The notes below the pieces were generated by a model that ran no database searches, was not told the DNA's origin, and worked only from the letters and a program-made list of their open reading frames with translations. A stretch of 61,635 nucleotides of DNA, the filler included, from Sanchytrium tribonematis (lineage: Eukaryota), in assembly GCA_018985235.1 (NCBI GenBank). It is 15 parts of 15 records of this genome, joined end to end, with 100 filler letters (N's around TTAATTAATTAA, not from the genome) between each part and the next. Parts side by side here need not be neighbours in the genome. Positions count along the whole stretch, not along the records: positions 1 to 2,851 come from JADGIG010000964.1; positions 2,952 to 5,797 come from JADGIG010000965.1; positions 5,898 to 8,736 come from JADGIG010000966.1; 12 more parts are not named here. One strand, given 5' to 3'. Of the stretch, positions 1 through 8,836 are shown in pieces. Made by a program: the position numbers and the translations under genes. Positions within the stretch are counted from its first letter, which is position 1, and each line of letters starts with the position of its first letter.

Positions 1-1
1 A

Positions 2-1327
2 GCTGATGAGTTATGGGATAAAATTTTAAATGGCCTAGAACACGGATACTATCCTGAATTCAAAGGTCTTCCAAAAATTCACAAGAAAAAATTAGGGCTT
101 AGACCCATAATTCCTGCAATCTACACTCCAACTACAGAGATTAGTAGATTGCTGTCTTGTGAACTACTTAAATTTGTTCAAAAAATAGACTGGATTCTTC
201 CAAATTCATTAAAACTTCTCCAAGAGATTGACAGACTAAAACTTCCTAACAATCTCGAAAAGAATGAACATATCTACTTCGTCTCTGCAGATGTGGTTTC
301 CATGTACCCTTCTATTAATTTAGAAGAAGCAATACCCTGTATTAAAAGAATACTTGGTATTACACAAGCGAAACATAAAATTCACTCAAACTTTGGAGAG
401 ATGATCAACTATATTACAGATAGCTTGAATATTACCCTGTACAACAATTTTTTCAAATTCCAGGGTGATATATATCATCAGAAAAAAGGAGTAGCAATGG
501 GCACTAATTGTGCCCCAGAGTTCGCCAATCTTTTCATGGCTTGGTATGAACACAAAGACCTCCTTCATAACAATGAATTTAAAAACAATTTGATCCACTA
601 TAGGAGATATATAGACGATATATTCTTTATTTTTAAAGGAACAATCGAAGAATTGAATAATTTTAAACAAAAAATGAATTCAATGTCTACATCACTCAAA
701 TTAACTTTTGAGACCAGTACAGAATCAACCAACTTTTTGGACATGACTGTATATAAAGGTAGACACTTCAAAAGATCAAATAAATTATCAACACGCTTAT
801 TCCGTAAGTTCAATGACTTCAACGGATATCCTTTTCCTTCAAAAGCCCAACCGCATAAATACAAATACAGTTGGATTGAAGGGGAATGCATTCGCATTTT
901 AAGAACGTGTTCTGATAAAATCATCTTTCATAATGAAATAAATCAATTTAAAAAGAAATTGCATAAACATCATTATGATAAGAAAATCGTAGATGAGTAT
1001 ACTTCAAAAATTGACTTTTCACAAAGATCCAAACTTTTGTTTGATACAACCCCTAAAGATGATTCGAATATCAAAAGAATCTTCTTGGATAATACTCCAA
1101 TCTACAAAGAGCTTAAATCTACAGTTCAAAAAACATGTAATATACTAGACATCTGTGACTCTTCAACTCAGATCTCCACTATAATATTTAGTGGCCGTAA
1201 AATACAAGACGTTTTGAACAGTACGAATAAAAAGATTCTCAAACCTGATGTCAACAAACATTGGAAATTTCTTAAACAGAAACAAGAGAACAGCTCTATG
1301 TCAGACAAACTTTGCTTTATGCATTAA
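2..1327 (+). CDS. PLE reverse transcriptase, C-terminal half (RT core and thumb)
   Basis: Motifs SADVVSMYPSI, QKKGVAMGTNCAPEFANLFM, YRRYIDDIF and NFLDMTVY. The frame is open from position 2. Confidence 0.9.
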   Translation, partial: ADELWDKILNGLEHGYYPEFKGLPKIHKKKLGLRPIIPAIYTPTTEISRLLSCELLKFVQKIDWILPNSLKLLQEIDRLKLPNNLEKNEHIYFVSADVVSMYPSINLEEAIPCIKRILGITQAKHKIHSNFGEMINYITDSLNITLYNNFFKFQGDIYHQKKGVAMGTNCAPEFANLFMAWYEHKDLLHNNEFKNNLIHYRRYIDDIFFIFKGTIEELNNFKQKMNSMSTSLKLTFETSTESTNFLDMTVYKGRHFKRSNKLSTRLFRKFNDFNGYPFPSKAQPHKYKYSWIEGECIRILRTCSDKIIFHNEINQFKKKLHKHHYDKKIVDEYTSKIDFSQRSKLLFDTTPKDDSNIKRIFLDNTPIYKELKSTVQKTCNILDICDSSTQISTIIFSGRKIQDVLNSTNKKILKPDVNKHWKFLKQKQENSSMSDKLCFMH

Positions 1328-1333
1328 CATTTA

Positions 1334-1590
1334 GGATTCGTGGTTTGTATATCTGACAGTCTTCGAAAGAAGAAAGTGATAGAATAAAAATTCTAATCGC
1401 GGACGTGTAATTCAAGTATTATTTTGATTTTTAATCGAAATACTTCTTAAAACAAAATTTATTTTGTTGATCTTATTACTACACCAATATTTGACTTGAA
1501 GATGTCATTTATAGGTCAAACGGTGTTAAATCACCCAGTAATGATAAGATTTAAAAAGAACTTGAATAATAAACACACCACACAGAGTCC
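1334..1590 (+). ncRNA. Putative structured RNA in the PLE spacer (multibranch fold, hammerhead-like sub-domain)
   Basis: Nested complementary segments found by eye: 1334-1348/1573-1590, 1376-1385/1390-1400, 1414-1445, 1451-1468, 1470-1480/1537-1550, 1481-1485/1522-1526, 1490-1495/1515-1520. Confidence 0.45.
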
Positions 1591-1592
1591 CC

Positions 1593-2851
1593 ATGATTCA
1601 TAAATTTGCTTATAGCGCCTCGGGCTGCACAAAAAACCTCGACGCTGAGTTACACCCAGTGGTCGAAATGATTGCCCTAGCAGCAGAAAACCGATTTAAG
1701 GGTTTTCTAACAAAGGAGAATGCGAAGTCATCCCTGGCTCGCGATATCTTTGGTTCGGGTCAATTTACCCCCAAGATAAGTCTCCAAGGGGATCCGGCAC
1801 TGGTTAATCCACTTAACCAGTACCTGAATAATGATTTGCCCCCCGAAAAAGATCAGTTAACGATCAAAAAGCGGGCAATCATTTCAGCATTAGAAGAGTT
1901 TTTTAAAGCTTCTATTACTGATGATATTTCTCGTATCAATTCACAACTACACCCCAATAGAACGTATGACTACATGATAAAACTGATCTCTGAAAGAGAT
2001 GGTTTTAGAATGATTCATGAAGAAACACGTTTAGGGATTGAGGAATATTTTCTCAAAGTCGCTCAAACGATTTACGTAAATTTTAATAATTTAGAAGAAA
2101 TATCAACTGGGAATTTACAGTCTAGCACTGTCAAAAGCCCCCTCAAAAGACCCCCTTCCCAAGACGACCCCCATGGACGTCGACACCCCTCCAAAAGGCA
2201 AAAAACCGCCTCCGAAGAAGGGAAAACCAAAAGGGAAAGGGATTCAGAAGCCCCAACCGAAGAAGAAGAAGAAGAATTAATAAATAAATTCATCTTTCAA
2301 AAATCTGATTCGGTATTTAGCTTGTCTTCTGCCATAAACGTGCCTAAATTTATATTTAACGCACTCAATAAAGGAAAAAATTATGTCGGCCATCGCCACT
2401 TCGATTTTTTCGCCGAGAAAGAACAATGTATTAGTCAACTGACTAACATTTTTCCGGAACACAACGAAAATTACATTCGCAACATCTTTATGGCAACCCT
2501 ACCAAAGAATCTTGATATCTACAAAAGAGCAATTTCAGTTCTGAGACCCTCAGTAACGGATTGGCTTATTGATAATCAATGTCTAGCAATACCTAATGAT
2601 AAAAATCTAGGTATATCTATCATCCAAAAGGACGATTATATCAACTTATGTAAATTACATATTTCTGACACCAACAGCTATTCAAAAATTGAGTCTATTT
2701 CTCGCTACGAAGTCGAGAAACAAATTAAGACACTCCATAGCAAATATCATCGCTTACTAGCTGATGAGTTATGGGATAAAATTTTAAATGGCCTAGAACA
2801 CGGATACTATCCTGAATTCAAAGGTCTTCCAAAAATTCACAAGAAAAAATT
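1593..2851 (+). CDS. PLE reverse transcriptase, N-terminal half (continues in frame into position 2 via the terminal overlap)
   Basis: ORF ends ...ADELWDKILNGLEHGYYPEFKGLPKIHKK, identical to the translation from position 2. Contains the PLE-type IPNDKNLGISIIQKDDY motif. Confidence 0.85.
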
Positions 2852-2951
2852 NNNNNNNNNNNNNNNNNNNNNNNNNNNNNNNNNNNNNNNNNNNNTTAAT
2901 TAATTAANNNNNNNNNNNNNNNNNNNNNNNNNNNNNNNNNNNNNNNNNNNN
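2852..2951. other. Artificial contig linker N-TTAATTAATTAA-N (same linker near 5798, 8737, 11671, 32480, 35414, 38345, 41266, 44184, 47102, 50014, 52925, 55834, 58736)
   Basis: Identical 100-nt spacer with stops in all six frames; genes are truncated at each one. Confidence 0.98.
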
Positions 2952-3092
2952 ATTAAGCTTGTCAAATCACACAAGGTACCAATCACAAGCCTATTCGACA
3001 AGTTTGATTCGCTTGCAATCATGTGAAATGACTATTTTTATTGCGTCTTAAAATCCACATGACTCTAAAGATGACCGTGCTGTCTCCTTGAA

Positions 3093-3662
3093 ATGAGTAA
3101 AAATAACAGCACAAATTACAATTCCAGTACATTAATTGACACAGAATCACATTCTACACAATCTACAACCACATTTACAGTATCCAAATCCAGTTTCTGC
3201 TCAAATCAAGTCCAATTTCACTGTCAAGATAATCCAAGATTACATTTCACTTGGAATGCAAATTTAAAAACATTATTTATGGAAGATATCAAAATATTAC
3301 ACGCAGAAATACCAAAACATGGTAAATCTATCAAATTAGTTGATCATTTATCTGTTAAAGATATTGCCACAATTTATCAAAAACCCTCTTTTTTAAAATT
3401 AAGATTTATTGTTCAATTTCATAATGACTATTATTATATTCATCGCACAAATCAATTGACTATAATTTATTTAAAGAATCCAAAAGAGGGTGGATATGAA
3501 ATTGCCAGATTGACGAGAATCGGATTAAAAAGAAGGGAAGAAATTAAAATTCAATCTGATGCGGATTGTGCTTTGATTATTGGTATTTTAATGTGCATTA
3601 AGAAATTGATTCAAAAAAGATGGCCACCAGAGAAGCAACCACGGGTTAAATCTCGCAAATAA
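3093..3662 (+). CDS. Hypothetical protein, possibly LURP-one/tubby C-terminal-like
   Basis: 189-aa ORF, beta-rich, with a C-terminal hydrophobic helix (DADCALIIGILMCI). Confidence 0.5.
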   Translation: MSKNNSTNYNSSTLIDTESHSTQSTTTFTVSKSSFCSNQVQFHCQDNPRLHFTWNANLKTLFMEDIKILHAEIPKHGKSIKLVDHLSVKDIATIYQKPSFLKLRFIVQFHNDYYYIHRTNQLTIIYLKNPKEGGYEIARLTRIGLKRREEIKIQSDADCALIIGILMCIKKLIQKRWPPEKQPRVKSRK

Positions 3663-3818
3663 ATTCATTTCACAATCACGCTGATTTTCATTTTGCTATC
3701 TTTCTTATCTTTAGGCATTTTTAGGCAAGTTACAAAATTTGATTTGTTGAAAAAGGAATGACAGGTCTTTTAATCCTATTTCATGCTATAAAAGGAGAAG
3801 AAATTCATTCCATATCAG

Positions 3819-4709
3819 ATGATTTTCAACAATTTATTAATCGCAGCTCCTTTACCAGCTAAAGATCCCTTACTTAATGGCGTAACAGATCAAACATTAG
3901 ACGGTTTAATTAAACAAAATGGATTACAGACTTTTAATCATTTTGATGTCGCCAAGGGATTACTGCCAGATTTAGACGCACAACTTGAATTTGCAAAATC
4001 AATGGCAAACATGGAGATGTTATTTCATCCGGGAGCCGAAATGGATGGAAAAGTCCATCACTCAGTAGGAAAGATTAGAGATGCTCGCTTGGATGATTTG
4101 GAGAAGGAGATTAAGGAATTAGAAGAGCTTAAAAGAGACTTGGGTTTCCATTTCCCATCACAAAAAACGGCTCAGAAAGTATCAAAAGCATACATTGAGT
4201 TAAGAAATAAGTTGAGACCTGAATTTGAAAGAGTCCACCATGAATTAATGGCGTTGGAACAAAAAACAACAGACACGAGAAAGCTGATTTTTATTGAAGA
4301 AATTACTAAAAAATTTCTAGACCAAGGCAAAAAAGTATTGGATTGGTATGATTATAAAACTAAGTCACTAACTCAGAAAGAGAAGGATGAAATTGATTCT
4401 AAACTACTCCGTGATGTTAAATTCTTGGAGGAAATGAACGAAATCGTTGAAAAAGGGATTTTATCAGGTACACCTAGCCAAGAAGTACATGATCAAATTC
4501 AGAAATTCAAGGATGGATTGAAACAGCAAAATGAGCGGTCATTGATCGAAAGAAATGGTGATTTCGTCGCATATACAGACTCAAAACTAGTTACAAGAAA
4601 AATCAACGAATTGCCTGATCATGCAAGCAAAGCAATTGTGGGTGCCGCAGCAATTGGTCACCCAACTGATGGATTGGTGCTAAGACATGCATTAGCCATT
4701 AAGAAATAA
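3819..4709 (+). CDS. Hypothetical, possibly secreted, helical protein
   Basis: 296-aa ORF with a short hydrophobic N-terminus and coiled-coil character. Confidence 0.65.
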   Translation: MIFNNLLIAAPLPAKDPLLNGVTDQTLDGLIKQNGLQTFNHFDVAKGLLPDLDAQLEFAKSMANMEMLFHPGAEMDGKVHHSVGKIRDARLDDLEKEIKELEELKRDLGFHFPSQKTAQKVSKAYIELRNKLRPEFERVHHELMALEQKTTDTRKLIFIEEITKKFLDQGKKVLDWYDYKTKSLTQKEKDEIDSKLLRDVKFLEEMNEIVEKGILSGTPSQEVHDQIQKFKDGLKQQNERSLIERNGDFVAYTDSKLVTRKINELPDHASKAIVGAAAIGHPTDGLVLRHALAIKK

Positions 4710-4734
4710 ATTTTAAGATTCTTTTTTCAAACAA

Positions 4735-5797
4735 ATGGAGATTAAATTGTGTCCCGAAAGTCAATGCCATGTCAAATTACAGGATTTAAATTTCAGTATT
4801 AATACTTTTCAACCCTATTCTGACTTTGTATTAATCACAGATCACCAATTTATCAATTTATCAGAGAAATTAAAATGTCCAATTTACATAAATGATGGAT
4901 GCTACAAATATGGTCGAATAGCCAATGAAGAAAATGATTTAATCTTATTAAATGAATACACCCGATTACAATACGATGAAGAAATAGAATTTGATGAATT
5001 AAAAATCAAATGCATTCCTTCTCAATTGTATTTTGGGAGTTGTGGGTATTTAATCACCTGTGGCTCCTTTAAATCATTATTTGTAGCACCTGGAATCCCC
5101 AATTATTGTAGAGAAATACCAAATATACCAAATTTGAATGCATTAATTGTGCTGGATTGCATTCCACATCCAATTCCACTTGCAAACCAATTAAAATCAT
5201 TAGAATTACAAGTATTAGGTGCTATTAAGCAATTTAAGCCATTTATATTCCATATACATCCAAATAATGGCCATTTATTCAACTTATTAGTCAGTTTATC
5301 CAATTTGCAAATCACTCATTCCATCACCATTTACATTTTATTAAAATCAGAATTGAAATTATATACATTATTAAATAGTGTGCCAGAATCACTCAATGAA
5401 CAATTAAAAAATAAAGCATTTTTAGGAGAATATGGCTGTAAATTAAATTTTCATGTATATTCCAATGAATGTGATTTTGATTTCCAACAGAAATGGCTAA
5501 AAGATCCAGGTATCGTCATGACACACTCTAATGCACTCATTGAAGCATTAAATCAATTAGATAAAGAATCCATCGTGTTTCATTTTGGCAATGATTTGCC
5601 CATGACATCATCCAAAATAGCCCATCAAATTTGCCATTTAAATGTCAAATCAAGCATCCAACAGATACTACAGACAATTCCATCTGATTTAGTCATCATG
5701 CCACCCATATCCATTGATCCAAACACCCTCAATATGCTCAATATGTTATATCCCCATTTATCATTTACCAATCAGCATACCATTGAAATGGACCCAT
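4735..5797 (+). CDS. Divergent MBL/beta-CASP protein, Integrator subunit 9-like (3' truncated)
   Basis: DFVLITD, LQYDEEIEF..LKIKCIPSQLYFGSCGYLI and PESLNEQLKNKAFLGE resemble INTS9 segments; no catalytic HxHxDH. Confidence 0.55.
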
Positions 5798-6093
5798 NNN
5801 NNNNNNNNNNNNNNNNNNNNNNNNNNNNNNNNNNNNNNNNNTTAATTAATTAANNNNNNNNNNNNNNNNNNNNNNNNNNNNNNNNNNNNNNNNNNNNTTG
5901 ATTCATACCAAACGTTGGTCCCACTCTTTTTAATCCTGCTTTTGTGGCGAAAAGAACTATTTTGATTGGTAATGACAAAAAGTTGGGCGATTTTACGCAA
6001 AAATTTCCCAACTATTGCACAATAAGACTATCTGAAGAGTAGATAAGCCCTACAATTAATCCCAAACTTTGAAAATCTTATGAACTAAAAAGT

Positions 6094-6750
6094 TTATTCC
6101 TCAATAAAATCTATAACCTGATTTATCATTGTATGTAGCTTAATTTTATCTTTTATATTTTTTGTTTTCATTTGTCTGCCCAATTTTATAAGTTCATCAC
6201 CAATATCACCTTGATCGGAGTTTGAATCGCTACTAGAAACAAGAGGCGACGTTATATGGCCATATGGATATATTTCACAGTATTGTTGGACAGTTCTGAA
6301 AAAGTCTTCGCAACATATTTTTTCAGACTTGTAATGTAATTTAAAATACCTTTCGGCAAGGGTATTTGTACAGGGTCTTAATTTTTGCAAAAATATAAAA
6401 TTTGATAAATCATAACTAATTTGATCAATTGTAATTTTCTCATTGTATGATGACTCTTCGAAAGCTTTTAAGTAATCCTTTGTATTTTGGGACGGATTGA
6501 CATGAATACCCACAAAATTATAATCATAGATTACTACATTGGCTTGATATTCGACTTCGTCTAAAATAACCTTGTCAGTATTAATAGTTATGCATTTCAT
6601 TGAGTGTACTTTTCCGCAAAAATAAAGGAACTTAAATGGTAAATCTGCTTCATAAACAACATTTCCTGCAAGAGACAACATGTCGAAAAGAGATCTCCTT
6701 TGTGTCACATTGAAATAAGACATTTTATTTTTGATGAGAGCGATCCTCAA
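6094..6750 (-). CDS. Hypothetical protein
   Basis: 218-aa ORF; likely ATG start at 6723. Confidence 0.55.
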   Translation of the reverse strand: MRIALIKNKMSYFNVTQRRSLFDMLSLAGNVVYEADLPFKFLYFCGKVHSMKCITINTDKVILDEVEYQANVVIYDYNFVGIHVNPSQNTKDYLKAFEESSYNEKITIDQISYDLSNFIFLQKLRPCTNTLAERYFKLHYKSEKICCEDFFRTVQQYCEIYPYGHITSPLVSSSDSNSDQGDIGDELIKLGRQMKTKNIKDKIKLHTMINQVIDFIEE

Positions 6751-6877
6751 AATGGAGGTACCTAGAGCATCTTCTAAATTGCCCTTACAAATTATTTACT
6801 ATGCTTGCGTGTTAGGTTTGATTGGCGTATTCAGGATTCATAAATTTGACATTGCTTTTTTTCTCACAAGGAGTTAA

Positions 6878-8549
6878 ATGTATTCAAGTTCAAATCCTCA
6901 CGAGCAGTCCTGGCATCAGCAAATTACTCCTGATCAGCGCCTTCAAAATATCCAAGATACGGCGCAATTATTAAGTATGTTTGCTGATGAAAATTCAAAA
7001 GAAAAAGTTAATAATATCGCACAACGTTTTGAACACTCTGTATTTGTCTCCGCAACCTCATTGCAAGGATATATTCAGTCTATTCAAATGAAACTATCTC
7101 AGCTACGTTCCAAAGCATATGGCGATGACCAATCTTTAAATACGGTTACCCCCATTTCAACGAACCAAGCTGCTCCTTCACAGGTTAGTTTAAATACCCC
7201 ATCCCAAATAATGCCATCTACTCCTCCTCAGCAACAATTACCAACAAATGCTCCGTCGCAATCAACGGCGCCTCAAAGTGCTACAAGCCCTCAAAGTTTA
7301 ACTATGCCTATTCAAAATGTCCAAATTCATCCTTCTCAGATGCCCCATTCTATGCCTCCTAGTGAGCTATATCAATTATCTCCGCCTCCTGTTCAGGCCC
7401 CACAGCAACAATTTACAAGAAGACAAGTTGAGGCCAGCCAATTAGAACAAATTAGACACTCTACACATGCACTAGCGCAGCTATTTAATCATGCAAATAG
7501 AACTCTTCCTTACCACAAAGCAACGCTTGGAGAACAAAATTGGCAAAAATTTATGACCATCAATCAAATGTATCACCAGCACATGACTGCGCTGCAAGAT
7601 AATCAAGTTGTCTTTTTACACGAACAACTATTACAAGTTAAAGATCACCTAGAACATCTTTTACACAGTACAAATACCATTGAAGCTAATGTTGCGGATT
7701 TACAGCCTCTTCCGTTGAATCCGATGGCAAACCCCAATCAAATGGGTCTTCTCCCACCTGTAACTGATAAAGAAACAGCTTGGATGGACCATGTTCGAGT
7801 GAATGTTTTTGGAATGGCCCAAGACTTGCAGAATTTGAATACGGTTTATGAATTTCCCCGAACAACAATCAAGTCCATAGAAAACGATATTGGGCCTGAT
7901 CACATGGTCAATCCGTTTAATTTATTCGACCAAAAGGAGCTCGACTTCACTAGATTTATAACACATGAGAAAATAGCCAATAAACGAAAAGCAGAAATCA
8001 CTGCTCCTGTGGAAAAGAAACAAAAAGTAATGGATGTCACAAATTTGAAAATGACAGATGTGGGAAACGAATGCGACAATACAGAGCTTGTACATTTTCT
8101 CAATTTAAGCTGGAATATGGCTTGGAGAGGAAAAGAAAGTATTTTACCTGGCTATGTTACAACCTGTATCTCTGATATGAAATCAAATAACAAGAAACCA
8201 ACTAGAGTAATATATTACTGTGGAAAGCCAAATCCAGATGAGTGGTGGCTTGAGCATGATAATTTATTTTTGCGGGTCGTGGGAATCGAATCAGAAGGTA
8301 TTTGTATATAATTTAGGAAATGTATTTCTTATATCATCTCAATATCCCAAAATGGTTAAAGTAGACATGAAATCAAATGATGATAATAGCGGTGTCAGTG
8401 AATGGATAAACAATACATTTATGGACGAATTAGAAAATATAAGCATAAGTAATAGCACGGGAGATAAAAGCGACCTACCGATAAATGTGCGGATAGTGAC
8501 TCTGGACGACTTTCGCTCTATTAGGGGCAATTGCCTTGAAGGATTTTGA
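6878..8549 (+). CDS. Mediator Med15/Gal11-like protein (KIX domain + Q/P-rich); exons 6878-8297, 8317-8549
   Basis: N-terminal KIX-like segment (AQRFEHSVFVSATSLQGYIQSIQMKL) and a Q/P-rich linker. A 19-nt intron joins the ORF to the 8220-8549 frame. Confidence 0.65.
8298..8316 (+). other. 19-nt spliceosomal intron
   Basis: GTATTTGTATATAATTTAG; removal extends the ORF by ~77 codons. Confidence 0.8.
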
Positions 8550-8836
8550 CAGTAAATAAGTGGATATACATACTTTATTACCAAAGACCTTCAAATAACT
8601 GTCTTGCTTGTTGAATATTGTATTTAACAATAGCTAATTCAATATCATCCTTGACAGCGACAAGAATATAAGTATTGCTGGTTAAGCAATCTAATATTAG
8701 CTTCACCTCGTCACTTTGAATTTCCATTCCTTGAAANNNNNNNNNNNNNNNNNNNNNNNNNNNNNNNNNNNNNNNNNNNNTTAATTAATTAANNNNNNNN
8801 NNNNNNNNNNNNNNNNNNNNNNNNNNNNNNNNNNNN

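Larger units (their letters stand above)
1..2851 (+). mobile_element. Penelope-like retroelement (endonuclease-less, Athena/Coprina-like), circularly permuted 2758-bp unit
   Basis: Positions 1-93 are identical to 2759-2851. The two ORF pieces join into one RT ORF with PLE motifs (NDKNLG, FKGLPKIHK..LRPII, DVVSMYPSI, GVAMG, RYIDD). No GIY-YIG motif is visible. Confidence 0.85.

Noticed and set aside
3..40. CTGATGAG at the window start as a hammerhead core
   Set aside because: It lies in the RT coding sequence (ADE codons) and lacks the downstream GAAA and stem III.
1573..1584. ACACACCACACA resembling the yeast telomerase template
   Set aside because: Too short, explained by pairing with 1340-1348, and no matching telomeric repeats occur in the window.
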